This document shows positions 35,947 to 48,457 of a stretch of 64,000 nt of DNA, piece by piece. The stretch spans positions 188,721-252,720 of the forward strand of contig VXYK01000055.1 of assembly GCA_009845995.1 (NCBI GenBank), read 5' to 3'. Under the pieces are notes generated by a model. It did no database searches, was not told the DNA's origin, and worked only from the letters and a program-made list of their open reading frames with translations. The stretch's first letter is position 1. Each line of letters starts with the position of its first letter. Origin of the DNA: Acidimicrobiaceae bacterium. Lineage in GTDB: Bacteria > Actinomycetota > Acidimicrobiia > Acidimicrobiales > Aldehydirespiratoraceae. Position numbers and translations under genes: made by a program.

Positions 35947-36810
35947 ATGCCAGGCTACGGACAGATCGATCGGGACTACGCCATCAAGCTCGCCACGACC
36001 GCGCCCGCTGACGACGGGCCTGTATGGATGATCAACTTGATGTGCTACAAGGAACGGGCCGAGTACACCGACGGACGCGAAACGACGCTCAGCGGGAGAC
36101 AGGCCGACGAGGTGTACACCCCGGTCGGGCCGCTCGCTGCAGTGGGTGCCGAGATCGTGTTCGTCGCCGACGTCGAGGATCAATTGATAGGCGATGAACC
36201 CAAGTGGGATCGGATCGCCGTCGTGCGCTACCCCACGCGAGCGTCGTTCATCGCGATGCAGGAGCGCGAGGACTTCCAAACCGTCCACGAGCACAAGGAA
36301 GCAGGAATGGACCAGACCATCGTCATCGGAGGCCAACCATTGGGCTTTCCCGTGGCCGAGCAGCAAGTGGCCTGGGCAGATGTGCCGCATCCGCCCAGCG
36401 AAGAGGACGGGGCTTACACGATGCTGCACGTGATCCGTTTCCACGATGAAGCCGGCGCAACAGTGACGCCCGATCACATGAAGTCCTATCAGGAGGTTGC
36501 GGGCTCTGTGGCGGTCCCGAACGGCGTTCGCATCGATGGCTGGTTCTCCGCCGAAGGCACGATCATCGGTGACGGCAGATCATGGCATCAGGTTCGGTTC
36601 AACACCTTCCCGAGCCGCCGTGCCTTCATGACAGTCGCTCTCGATCCGGACCGGACCCACGCCCACACCGAGCACCGCGACACCGCCATCGCCGACACCT
36701 ACGCGCTCGGTCTACGCCCATCGGTCAACACGCTCGCCGCTTCGGTCGGCGAGATCGGCCCACCGTTGTCTCAGGTGCTATCGGAGATGCGACGAGACGA
36801 GCGTTACTGA
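35947..36810 (+). CDS. hypothetical protein, possibly tandem DUF1330-like (dimeric alpha/beta-barrel) domains
   Basis: AGGAAG ribosome-binding site. WDRIAVVRYPTRASFIAMQEREDFQ in the first half and WHQVRFNTFPSRRAFMTV in the second half resemble the DUF1330 pattern. Family call is tentative. Confidence 0.45.
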   Translation: MPGYGQIDRDYAIKLATTAPADDGPVWMINLMCYKERAEYTDGRETTLSGRQADEVYTPVGPLAAVGAEIVFVADVEDQLIGDEPKWDRIAVVRYPTRASFIAMQEREDFQTVHEHKEAGMDQTIVIGGQPLGFPVAEQQVAWADVPHPPSEEDGAYTMLHVIRFHDEAGATVTPDHMKSYQEVAGSVAVPNGVRIDGWFSAEGTIIGDGRSWHQVRFNTFPSRRAFMTVALDPDRTHAHTEHRDTAIADTYALGLRPSVNTLAASVGEIGPPLSQVLSEMRRDERY

Positions 36811-36852
36811 AGCGGCGGTTGATCTCAACACGTCGGCCACCCTGAACTCAGG

Positions 36853-37749
36853 TTAGGTGTAGGCGTTGGTGGGTCGGTGTCGCACGGCCGGCATCCAGCG
36901 GGGGCCTGCGGTCTCGTCGATCCGAGCCACGAACGCGGCGTGGTGTGGTTCGACGGCCTCACAGAAAGCTCGGGTTGTGGCTTCGCCGACCGCCTGCCAC
37001 GCGGGTGCGGTCAGTTCGTCCGTCCGACGTTCCAGGTCGTAGCGGAACCGACGACCCTCGTCGTTGAGCCCGTTGTTGCTGGCCAAGCCCTTGCTCTCGA
37101 GTCGGCGCCAGCCGTAGGCAATGGCTTCGTCATCCGCACCTCGACTGCGGGCAATCCACTCCTCATCGCCGTACTCGGAGATGTCCACCATGGCGGAGTG
37201 GAGGAGCCCCACCTCCGCATCGTCGAGGTCGGCCGCGGCACACAATAGCCAGTGGTTGTCGCCGCGAAGTTCACGTAGACAGTTCCCCGCAAGCCAAGCC
37301 GACAGGAGGGGTTGCGAGTCGTCGGGACGGGTCCGGGCCCGGTTGGCAGCGAACAGCGGACGTGCTCCGTGATGAACCGTGTCGATGCCGCGCCAGAGAT
37401 CGTTGGCCAGGGGAGCGAGAGTGTCTTTGAGTCCGGGAGCGATGGTCGCGAGTCCACTTTCGATGGCTGCGTCGCGCACCGCGATGATGTTGTCTGGATC
37501 GGTTGTTCCGCGCCAGGCACTAAAGATGAGTTCCACGATTTGCGGGCGGATCGAGTAGGTGCTGGCGGCGGCCGCGGCCGGAGTGACATCACCGAGGGGC
37601 GCGAGGCGCCAAGCCTGGATCCAGCCCATCCCATTCGGCACGCCGAGAGCTTCGTAGGCAGCAATCGCCTCTGGATCCCACATGAGCCAACCGACGAGGT
37701 CGTGCGCCGCGCGGCCTGCGCGGGCCGTCAACGCGATCCAATCTGCCAT
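36853..37749 (-). CDS. conserved hypothetical protein (resembles the actinobacterial SCO6745-like family)
   Basis: ATG 37749 follows GAGGAG at 8 nt. MADWIALTARAGRAAHDLVGWLMWDPEAIAAYEALGV... Family name is from memory only. Confidence 0.5.
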   Translation of the reverse strand: MADWIALTARAGRAAHDLVGWLMWDPEAIAAYEALGVPNGMGWIQAWRLAPLGDVTPAAAAASTYSIRPQIVELIFSAWRGTTDPDNIIAVRDAAIESGLATIAPGLKDTLAPLANDLWRGIDTVHHGARPLFAANRARTRPDDSQPLLSAWLAGNCLRELRGDNHWLLCAAADLDDAEVGLLHSAMVDISEYGDEEWIARSRGADDEAIAYGWRRLESKGLASNNGLNDEGRRFRYDLERRTDELTAPAWQAVGEATTRAFCEAVEPHHAAFVARIDETAGPRWMPAVRHRPTNAYT

Positions 37750-37851
37750 GCATTCATCTCCTCGGCCGGTGGGTAGCGGCTTTGGAGGCGACACCCTAGC
37801 CAGTTGGATGGCCGTACTTGTGTCGAAGAGAGTTGTTCAGATCAATACAGG

Positions 37852-37887
37852 GTTTAGATTAGAAATAATATTGGAATCATTCTAAAC
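37852..37887. promoter_or_regulatory. AT-rich inverted repeat, candidate FurA operator
   Basis: GTTTAGA (37852-58) and TCTAAAC (37881-87). Alternative register is TTAGAA (37859-64) and TTCTAA (37880-85). This is the most AT-rich stretch outside the TA islet. Confidence 0.45.
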
Positions 37888-37899
37888 TTCTGCTATAGT
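37871..37899 (+). promoter_or_regulatory. putative furA promoter (leaderless)
   Basis: TTGGAA (37871-76), 17-nt spacer, TATAGT (37894-99). ATG 37906 starts 7 nt after the -10 box. There is no Shine-Dalgarno. Confidence 0.45.
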
Positions 37900-37905
37900 C
37901 TCTTC

Positions 37906-38355
37906 ATGCCCTCCAGAGGTTCCCCCTCGGTCGCTGACCTGTTACGCCATAACGGCGTACAGGTCACGGCCCAGCGGTTAGCGGTCGTGCGTGCCGTCAG
38001 CGCCTGCCCCCATGGCACAGCCGACGATATGTACGAGGTCGTTCGCCAAGATATTGGTGCCATATCCCGGCAGGCGGTGTACGACTCCCTGGCGATGCTG
38101 GCCGAGAAGAACCTGATTCGGCGTATCCAACCGGCGGGATCACCGGCCCGTTACGAAGACCGTGTCGGCGACAACCACCATCACTTGATCTGTCGAACAT
38201 GCAATCGCATGGTCGACGTCGACTGCGCGGTGGGGCACACCCCCTGCCTCACCGCCGCGGACGACTCCGGTTACGAGATCGACGAAGCCGAGGTCATCTA
38301 CTGGGGCCGTTGCCCCGGCTGCCGCGCATCCGCGCCCGAACCGCTTGCTCAATGA
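37906..38355 (+). CDS. furA: Fur family transcriptional regulator (FurA-like)
   Basis: [17 protein letters not shown] and C-terminal CPGC metal sites. Immediately upstream of katG, as in mycobacteria. Confidence 0.8.
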   Translation: MPSRGSPSVADLLRHNGVQVTAQRLAVVRAVSACPHGTADDMYEVVRQDIGAISRQAVYDSLAMLAEKNLIRRIQPAGSPARYEDRVGDNHHHLICRTCNRMVDVDCAVGHTPCLTAADDSGYEIDEAEVIYWGRCPGCRASAPEPLAQ

Positions 38356-40589
<2,234 letters not shown>

Positions 40590-40590
<1 letters not shown>

Positions 40591-42677
40591 TGACCTCCGC
40601 CGCCAACGGCGCAGATGCTGGGGTTGCCAGCCCTGTTGAGGAAGCAATTGCGTTTCGGCAGTGGCTGGCGGACCACCACGATGAATTCGCCCATCTGCGG
40701 GTGCTTCACGCTGACGCAGACGAGCGAGTAAGGGTTCTCAAAGAACTGCAAGCGCGGCTCTACGACGCAGGATGGGCTCGACTCGGCTGGCCCTCCGAGA
40801 TCGGTGGCAGGGGTGGAAACATCCTGCATCGAGCCGCAATCTATGAAGAACTGGCCAATGCGGGCTACCCACCTCGGTTCGTGTTCGAACACCTGGAGGT
40901 GCTGCTTCCATCACTGGCTCGTTTCGGAGACCCGGCTCTGATGACCGAGTTGTTGCCGCGGATGCTGAGCGGAGAGGAAACATGGAGCCAGGGATTCTCC
41001 GAACCCGGCGCGGGAAGCGACTTTGCCGCTGTGCGCACTCGGGCAACACAAGACGGCGACAACTGGATCATCAACGGCCATAAGATCTGGACGAGTTGCT
41101 CGAAGTGGGCCAAGCGATGCCTGCTTGTGGCCCGCACCGGGAGCTTCGAGTCGCGTCACCGCGGACTCTCGGTCTTCGTCGTCGATCTCGAAGCCCCAGG
41201 AGTCACCGTCTCGCCCATCAATCAGTCGAACGGATCCCCCGAACTGGCTGAGGTCTTTTTCGACGACGTCACCGTCGGGTCAACCGCATTGGTAGGCGAG
41301 ATCAACGACGGCTGGACAGTGGCGATGTACCTGCTGTCCTGTGAGCGGGGCTCATTCGCCTGGCAACGCAATACCTTCTTGACCCGACGCCTCACTGAGC
41401 TGGCCGAACGCGCGACTGACCAGACCGACATCGAACGCCTAGGCAACAGTGTCGCCGATCTGTTCGCGATGAGGGTGAGATCGTGGTCGACAATGCTGGA
41501 GTTGGCTGCCGACGGTTCACCCGGACCTCAATCTGCAGTCAACAAAGCGCTCCTGACCGACGCTGAGCAATACCTGTTCCACACCGCGGATCGTATTCAC
41601 CCGGGCGGATTCATGTGGGCGCAAAACCTGCACGAAGAAGTGCTTCAAGAAGAACTGTTGTTCTCGCACGCTGCGTCCATTTACGGGGGTACGCGGCAGA
41701 TTCAGAACATCACCGTCTATCGCCAACTGGTGGCAGGCCACACCCGAACTGAGACCGACGAGTACGTCGAGACGGCAATGGCTGCAATGCTCGACCCGGC
41801 CGGTGCAGAGGCCGGCCTGGACACGCTGGGGTTCGACGAAGTGGTCGGCGATCTTGGTGACACCGACAACCGCCGTGCCATTGCCGCGGTGTTCGAGGCG
41901 GCCGGTCGAACTGCGCAGCCGACAACGGGTCTGGCACGACTGTTGGAGTCTTTACTCGGCGGTGACACGACACTGGCAGTTGCGACGGAGCACCTAGCCG
42001 ATGCGGAGGTGCGCCTGGTTGTCGATGTGAACCAGACAACTGCTCCTCGCATAGTTCTAGCGACGCCGCGCGGCTGGGTATCAGTGCTCAGCAGCGATGT
42101 CACCTGGAACGAAGCGACCCAGTTCCTAGCACCGGGCAACATGGTTACAGGAGTCGTTGACATCAGCGAAGCGCCTTCCTTCGATGCTGCGGTCGCCGAT
42201 CGGGCTGAAGCAGTAGGGCGGTGGGCGCTCGCCTGCGAAGCCCTAGGCGCAGTTGACGCAATGTTCGACGCCGCAGTTAATCACGCGGCCGAGCGAGAGC
42301 AGTTCGGCGCCACGCTCAACAGCTTTCAAGCAGTGCAGTTCATGCTGGCCGAATCCCACATCGCCCGCACAGCATTGCGCGAGGCATGCTCGGCCACCGG
42401 TCGAACCTTGAACGGCGACGCCGCCATGATCACCAAACTGCTGGCCGGCCGAATCGGACGCCGGGTCGGTGCCGAGACTCTCCAAGTGCTCGGTGCCATA
42501 GGTTTCACCCAAGAGCATCCACATCACGGTTGGTTCCATCGAGTGCTGACAATCGATGCTCTCTTGGGCAGATCGGCAGCACTGGCCCGGGAACTGGGGA
42601 CTCGTCTGGTTCGCACCGGCAAGGTTCCCCTCGGAGTGGACCTGAGCGAACTCCCGGGCGCCAGTTCCTCTGCATAG
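40590..42677 (+). CDS. acyl-CoA dehydrogenase with a second, ACAD-like C-terminal module (alpha-beta fusion)
   Basis: ATG 40590 overlaps the katG stop by 1 nt. FSEPGAGSDFAAVRTRATQDGDNWIINGHKIWTS lies in the first half. A second ACAD C-terminal-type region (REQFGATLNSFQAVQFMLAE...GAIGFTQEHPHH) lies in the last ~250 aa. Confidence 0.75.
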
Positions 42678-42726
42678 TCCACCGCTCACAATTCGTGTGG
42701 CCTGCATTGCCGCGGTGTAGCCGCCG

Positions 42727-45393
42727 ATGGTTGGTGGTTTGAGACGAAGTGGTGCGAAACTGCCCTCTGTGCTGCCCATTAATCTGACCACCGAATATGA
42801 GCGAGATCCGCTCGGTCTGGGGGTGACCATGCCCCGATTCTCCTGGCAACTCGAATCTGTCGACCCCGGCGTAGTGCAATACGCCTACGAGATCGAGGTG
42901 AAGACGGGAGACGAGATAGTCTGGCGAAGCGGCAAGGTCGAGGGACCGGCCCAGGTCCTGATCCCGTACGCGGGACAGCCGCTCAGATCGCGGCAGCGGT
43001 GTTCATGGCGAGTTCGAGTGTGGGACGGTGATTCTGAACCGGGTGCTTGGAGTGAGTCGGGCACCTTCGAGACGGGTCTGCTCGAAGTCTCGGACTGGGA
43101 TGGCAGCGCCTGGATCGGACCTCTAGAAAATCCACAGCGCGACGCAAAACGTCCCAGCCCCATTCTCCGTCGAGAATTCGACGTTGGCGATGCGGGGGAG
43201 GCTCGTCTATATATCTCCGCACTCGGCTTGTACGACGTTCAGATCAACGGTGTTCGGGTCTCAGAGGATTGGTTTCGACCGGGATTCACGGCCTACGAGC
43301 ATCGCATCCAGTACCAGGCCTATGACGTAACCGCCCTGCTCAATCCTGGGCGAAACTCAATCGGCATCACTCTTGGCGACGGCTGGTGGCGGGGACGGGT
43401 CGGAGTGTCACGCAAACCCAACAACTGGGGCAAGCACGTAGCGGCCATTGCTCGGATCGAGATCGGTGGCGAACCCGTCGCCAGCACCGACTCGTCATGG
43501 ACCTGCAGTGAAGGCGGGATTCGAGCTGGGTGCCTGTTTCATGGCGAGATTTATGACGCTCGTTTGGAGCCGGACCGATGGAACCAAGTCGGTTTCGCCG
43601 ACAACGGCTGGAGTCGAGTTCGAACATTCGACGGGCCGACAGAACGGCTCTGTGCCCAGGTAGGGCCTAGTGTCCGGGTGATCGATTGTGTTCCTGCACA
43701 ACGGATCTTCACGACTCCCTCGGGTGAAACCGTGGTCGACTTCGGCCAGAACCTCGCAGGTGTCGTGCATTTCAGTGTGAAAGGTCCACGCGGGGCACGA
43801 GTCCAACTCACCCACGGAGAGACCCTGACCGCGCATGGTGAATTCACAGCGGACACCTTTGGGCACTCTCGACAGCAGATCAGCTACACGTTGGCGGGAC
43901 GCCCAGAACCCGAGGAGCACGCGGCGCGGTTCACCTACCACGGGTTTCGATACGCCCGAGTGGATGAGTGGCCTGGACCCACCCCGCCGACGGTCGACAA
44001 CTTCACCGCGCTGGTGCTCAGCAGCGACTCTTCAAGGGTCGGGCGCTTCGAATGCTCGCACCAAGGGCTGAACCAACTCGCCGAGAACATCGATCGGTCC
44101 CAGTTGGCGAACTTCGTAGACATCCCGACCGATTGCCCCACCCGCGAGAAGGCCGGGTGGACGGGTGACATCGCGGTCTTCGCTCGTACCGGCGCGCTCA
44201 ATCGCCACATCGCCCCCGTGCTCACGAGGTGGCTGGGCGATGTTCGCGAAGATCAGCTTCCAGATGGACGCATCCCCTGTGTCGTCCCGGTCAGCAAGAG
44301 CTACAACTCTTTCTACATGCGTGCCACGCACGGGGCTGCGGCCTGGGCCGACGCCTGTGTCCTCGTCCCGTGGACGATGTATCAGTTCTACGGAGATCGG
44401 CGGATTCTCGAAGACAACTACATCACAATGAGCCGATGGGTGGCCTGCCTTGAGCAACGTGCCCGTCGAAAACCATGGTGGGCCGCGTGCAATCCACTAC
44501 CTCGGCGCGGCTGGCAACATCAACACATCATTGAGCAGGGGTTTCAGTGGGCGGAGTGGTTAGCGCCGGGGGAGACCCTCACCAAGAACTGGTTGCGTGG
44601 TCTGCTCCGACCAGACCCGCTGATCGCGACGGCCTACTACGTCAACACCTTGGCGATCGTGGCCGACATCGCCGCGCTGCTCGATCACGATCATGCTGCC
44701 GAGCAACTCGCTGAACAACATCATCTAGTAGTTCAGGCAGCCCGCGACCACCTCTTCGAGGCCGACGGTTTACCGAAGCGTCGAGATCAGATCGGGCTCG
44801 TCGCTTCGCTAGCTTTCGGTTTGGTAGCGCAGCCGCACCGAGCCGCCGCAGGTGAAGCGCTGGCAGCCGCGGTCAGGGCGAACAACTCAAGGTTGGCGAC
44901 CGGTTTCACCATGACACCACTGTTGTGCCCCACCCTCGTCGACACTGGTAACACCGAACTCGCCTACGACGTCTTATTGAACGAGGAGATCCCATCGTGG
45001 CTGTATCCGATCTCGAAGGGCGCCACGACCATTTGGGAAACATGGGATGCCGTAGCGCCCGACGGGTCAGTCTCGGACGTGTCGCAGAACCACTACGCGT
45101 TCGGCGCCATCGGGGAGTTCCTGCATCGTTACGTTGTGGGAGTTGACACGGACCTCGAACGCCCCGGATACGAGCACATACGGATTCGGCCCGTGCCTGA
45201 TCCCGCCAGACGAATCTCAGGGGCGCGAGCCGATCTCGAAACCGCCCGCGGACTGGTCTCGGTCCGCTGGGAACAGCACGACAAGCAGATGGTGGTGGAC
45301 GCGACAATCCCAGTCGGCTCGACGGCCACGATCTCAGTCGGGTCTACCGAGACAGAGGTTGGACCTGGAACTCACCAAATCATCGCAGAGTGA
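42727..45393 (+). CDS. alpha-L-rhamnosidase (GH78)
   Basis: LTTEYERDPLGLGVTMPRFSWQL N-terminal motif, followed by the bacterial rhamnosidase catalytic (alpha/alpha)6 region. 888 aa. No signal peptide evident. Confidence 0.8.
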   Translation: MVGGLRRSGAKLPSVLPINLTTEYERDPLGLGVTMPRFSWQLESVDPGVVQYAYEIEVKTGDEIVWRSGKVEGPAQVLIPYAGQPLRSRQRCSWRVRVWDGDSEPGAWSESGTFETGLLEVSDWDGSAWIGPLENPQRDAKRPSPILRREFDVGDAGEARLYISALGLYDVQINGVRVSEDWFRPGFTAYEHRIQYQAYDVTALLNPGRNSIGITLGDGWWRGRVGVSRKPNNWGKHVAAIARIEIGGEPVASTDSSWTCSEGGIRAGCLFHGEIYDARLEPDRWNQVGFADNGWSRVRTFDGPTERLCAQVGPSVRVIDCVPAQRIFTTPSGETVVDFGQNLAGVVHFSVKGPRGARVQLTHGETLTAHGEFTADTFGHSRQQISYTLAGRPEPEEHAARFTYHGFRYARVDEWPGPTPPTVDNFTALVLSSDSSRVGRFECSHQGLNQLAENIDRSQLANFVDIPTDCPTREKAGWTGDIAVFARTGALNRHIAPVLTRWLGDVREDQLPDGRIPCVVPVSKSYNSFYMRATHGAAAWADACVLVPWTMYQFYGDRRILEDNYITMSRWVACLEQRARRKPWWAACNPLPRRGWQHQHIIEQGFQWAEWLAPGETLTKNWLRGLLRPDPLIATAYYVNTLAIVADIAALLDHDHAAEQLAEQHHLVVQAARDHLFEADGLPKRRDQIGLVASLAFGLVAQPHRAAAGEALAAAVRANNSRLATGFTMTPLLCPTLVDTGNTELAYDVLLNEEIPSWLYPISKGATTIWETWDAVAPDGSVSDVSQNHYAFGAIGEFLHRYVVGVDTDLERPGYEHIRIRPVPDPARRISGARADLETARGLVSVRWEQHDKQMVVDATIPVGSTATISVGSTETEVGPGTHQIIAE

Positions 45394-45417
45394 CACACCA
45401 ATGGTGCATCTGACAGG

Positions 45418-46656
45418 TCAGGATCCCTTCACAGAGAAGGGCAGGTACTCGTAGCGTCGCACGAACGGACCCGCCGCGAACCGGCCGGCCATAGCGTGAA
45501 CCTCGAAGTCAGCGAACCGGCTGAGCAACTGCTCAATGGCCACACGACCCTGGATCCGCGCCGCCGAAGCCCCGAGGCAGTGGTGAGGGCCGTAACCGAG
45601 CGACAGAATCCGTTTGACCTCGCGTCGCACATCGAGTTCCCCGGCAGTGGGCCCGAACTCCCGCTCATCACGATTACCGGATGCCCAGAGCAACATGACC
45701 TTGACCCCCTCTGGGATCGTCTCTCCGTACATCTCGACTGGTCGTGTCGTCGTGCGCGCCAGGTTTTGCACTGGAGAAACCAACCTCAGAAACTCGTCGA
45801 TCGCCGAGCCGATGAGTTCGGGTTCGTCAATGAGGATCTGTCGTTGGTCGCGGTGATCAGTCAACAGTTCCGCCGCGCCGCCGAGCAAACCGGTCATCGT
45901 GTCGTTCCCGCCGGTGATCATCGTGAACACGAATCCGACTATCCACATCGGAGAGGCCAGTTCCTCGCCGACGACCACGAGATCGGACACCAGGTCGTCA
46001 CCGGGCTCGGAGCGGCGCCACTCGATCAGCTTGTCGGCGTACTCAAAGAGTCCCAGGGTTGCGTCCATGGCATCTGTGACCGTCCCCTCCGCGGCAGCCT
46101 GCACGATCGCAGAACTCCAATCGTCGAACATTGCCCGATCGGAGAGCGGAACGCCCAGGTAGTGGGCCACGACGAAACTCGGGAGCGGTTTGAAGAGCAT
46201 CTCGACGATGTCACCTTGGCCTCCGTTCTCCACAAGGAGATCCAGGCGTTGGTCGACGAAATCACGAACCGCGTCCTCGATCAGCAGCACTCGCCGCGGG
46301 GTCATGGGTCGGCTCACCAACCGGCGCATGGTCGTGTGGTCGGGCGGATCCATCATCACGATCGGAACGGCCTGGTCCTCGAACATCGCCATCGCGTCCT
46401 GTTCGAGCGTCAGCCCCTTCGCCGATGAGAAAGTCTCGGTGTCGCGTGCCGCGTCGAAGATGTCGTCGAATCGGGAAAGGACGTAATAATCGGAGCCATC
46501 GTCGTGGGTCGCCCGGTGGAGCGGAGCCTCATCACGTAGACGGGAGTAGGCCGGCCACGGGTCGCGCCAATCCTCCCTCCCTCGAAGGAAGTACAACGGA
46601 TGCCGGTCGACGATGCTCATGGGGCTGATCAGTCTAGACCGTTGCGAAAATGCCAC
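45418..46656 (-). CDS. cytochrome P450
   Basis: Heme loop LGYGPHHCLGASAA. GTG 46656 directly abuts the upstream TAA. Alternative ATG at 46620. Confidence 0.85.
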   Translation of the reverse strand: MAFSQRSRLISPMSIVDRHPLYFLRGREDWRDPWPAYSRLRDEAPLHRATHDDGSDYYVLSRFDDIFDAARDTETFSSAKGLTLEQDAMAMFEDQAVPIVMMDPPDHTTMRRLVSRPMTPRRVLLIEDAVRDFVDQRLDLLVENGGQGDIVEMLFKPLPSFVVAHYLGVPLSDRAMFDDWSSAIVQAAAEGTVTDAMDATLGLFEYADKLIEWRRSEPGDDLVSDLVVVGEELASPMWIVGFVFTMITGGNDTMTGLLGGAAELLTDHRDQRQILIDEPELIGSAIDEFLRLVSPVQNLARTTTRPVEMYGETIPEGVKVMLLWASGNRDEREFGPTAGELDVRREVKRILSLGYGPHHCLGASAARIQGRVAIEQLLSRFADFEVHAMAGRFAAGPFVRRYEYLPFSVKGS

Positions 46657-47151
46657 TTATTCGAAGAGCGACGGAGGGAAGCCGCCCTTGCTTATCGGGC
46701 CCCAGCGGGTCGGCTCGATCAGGATGACCGACTTTCCTTGATCGGACATGGCTTGTCGGTACTCGTCCCAGTCGGGATGCTCACCGGATATGCAGCGGTA
46801 GTACTCGACGAGGCCGTCGGCTGCCTCGGGCATGTCGTGCACCGTGGCAATCCCGTCGATCTGAACCCACTCGTGGTTGAAATCGTCGCCCATCACCAGA
46901 ACCGATACCAAAGGGTTGGCTTTGGCGTTGCGGACCTTGGCTCTCTCGGGGTAGCTGGAGACCGCCAGTTGCCCGTTCGCGGTCATGCCGCCGGTCACCA
47001 AGCTCAGCTGAGGCCGGCCGTCTGATCGCGTGGTGGACATCACCCATCGGTTCTTGCCGTTCACGAACTGGGCCAGTTCGTCGCGCGTTACACGTCGATC
47101 GCTTGACTTGTACATCGCTCGCCTGTCATCGGCCGGGATCTTCTTCACCAT
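46657..47151 (-). CDS. PPOX-class (pyridoxamine 5'-phosphate oxidase fold), probably F420-dependent oxidoreductase
   Basis: WVMSTTRSDGRPQLSLVTGG... is typical of the actinobacterial PPOX/F420 (TIGR03618-like) family. Confidence 0.65.
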   Translation of the reverse strand: MVKKIPADDRRAMYKSSDRRVTRDELAQFVNGKNRWVMSTTRSDGRPQLSLVTGGMTANGQLAVSSYPERAKVRNAKANPLVSVLVMGDDFNHEWVQIDGIATVHDMPEAADGLVEYYRCISGEHPDWDEYRQAMSDQGKSVILIEPTRWGPISKGGFPPSLFE

Positions 47152-47215
47152 CGCTGCTCTCGCTCTCTTTCGTTGGTGTTGATATTTCGGTTTGACGTTC
47201 GACTCGTTGCGTTTC

Positions 47216-48457
47216 CTACTCGAACGGGATCGCGTGTGCTTGCCGGTAGGCGGCGAAAGCTTCGTCCACGACTTGTTCGCTCAGGCCGAAATCGGCGAGT
47301 CGGTAGTTGTGCCTTCCGAAACGATTCTGGGGATTCGCGTCAAGGTAACGTCTGGCCGCGCTCTCGGCCTGGCCATTGAATTCGACTCCTGCCAATTCGC
47401 AGATGCGGTGGATTTCAGTGAGTGGATCGCTGATCAGGTCGTAGTACGAGATGTCGGTGAAGCGACCGGTGTCCGTTTCGGAGCGGACTTGCATCGCCAG
47501 ATCGACCATCCTCTGCGTCTTGTAGCACCAGTGTCTGCCGATCTCGGTCGGGTCGACGTCATCGCTGAAGATGCCGCAGCTGTGGGCAACCATGCTGCAA
47601 AATGAGGCGACAGCGACCCGTGGGTCTCGGTGAGTCCAAGCGATTGTCGAATCCGGGAATACCTTGAGAAACACGTCGAGGTACTCCAGATGCTGCGGGG
47701 TCTTGAGCACCAATGCGCCAGTTGGCCGTTGCCAGCAGAGCACCTTCAGAACTCGGCGGAAGTACTCATATGTCGGCGTATGGTCTTGGTCTTCCAACCA
47801 GCGGGAATAGGTCGGCACAGCCATGGTCGCCTCCGCTGACTGACTCATGAAATCGAGGTCGAGCAGCAGAACGTCCTCTTCGGGTTCGGCGGGATCAATC
47901 TGATGGATCGTCATGAACTCAGGAGCGAGATAAGAAATCGTCTTCTCAGCGAGAACCGCGCGCCGTCGGCGAACTCTCTCAGAGGCTTTCGACGCGTTGG
48001 ACGCAGGAACCGGGACCAAGCCTTCGCCGCCGGAGATCCCCCGAACCCTCGGAAGTGCATTCAAGGAGCGCTGCAGCAGGGTAGTACCGGTGCGCTGCAG
48101 TCCAGTGACCATGATGATCCGTTTGAGGTCGACAGACTCGATCTCAGGATGCCGTCGGAACAGATCTTCGATCCGCAACCGGTAAACCAGCGCACCGACG
48201 AGCCGTGACTTCTGAATCAACCTGCCGGTCGGGGTCATCCGGGCCTCGTCGTTGATCGACTCGACGAGCACCTCCAAAGCCCGCAGAAAGCGGTCGTCGC
48301 CGAAATCCGACAAGCCTGTCTTTCGCTGCGCAGCCTCAAGCAGCGCGTTGACCTCGAGACGGCCCGAGAGTCCAAAACGCTGACCTGTGCCACCAATTCG
48401 GTTGAAGATCTTGATGGGGACAGGCCGATAGGGGTGCGCGTAATCCGTGGAAGTCAC
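47216..48457 (-). CDS. sulfotransferase family protein
   Basis: 5'-phosphosulfate-binding loop VTGLQRTGTTLLQRSL. 413 aa. 4-nt overlap with the upstream gene. Confidence 0.7.
   Translation of the reverse strand: MTSTDYAHPYRPVPIKIFNRIGGTGQRFGLSGRLEVNALLEAAQRKTGLSDFGDDRFLRALEVLVESINDEARMTPTGRLIQKSRLVGALVYRLRIEDLFRRHPEIESVDLKRIIMVTGLQRTGTTLLQRSLNALPRVRGISGGEGLVPVPASNASKASERVRRRRAVLAEKTISYLAPEFMTIHQIDPAEPEEDVLLLDLDFMSQSAEATMAVPTYSRWLEDQDHTPTYEYFRRVLKVLCWQRPTGALVLKTPQHLEYLDVFLKVFPDSTIAWTHRDPRVAVASFCSMVAHSCGIFSDDVDPTEIGRHWCYKTQRMVDLAMQVRSETDTGRFTDISYYDLISDPLTEIHRICELAGVEFNGQAESAARRYLDANPQNRFGRHNYRLADFGLSEQVVDEAFAAYRQAHAIPFE

Noticed and set aside
42727-45393. GH78 rhamnosidase as part of a polysaccharide utilisation locus.
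   Set aside because: There are no adjacent transporters, other glycoside hydrolases or sugar-catabolic genes. It sits alone between an ACAD and a convergent P450.
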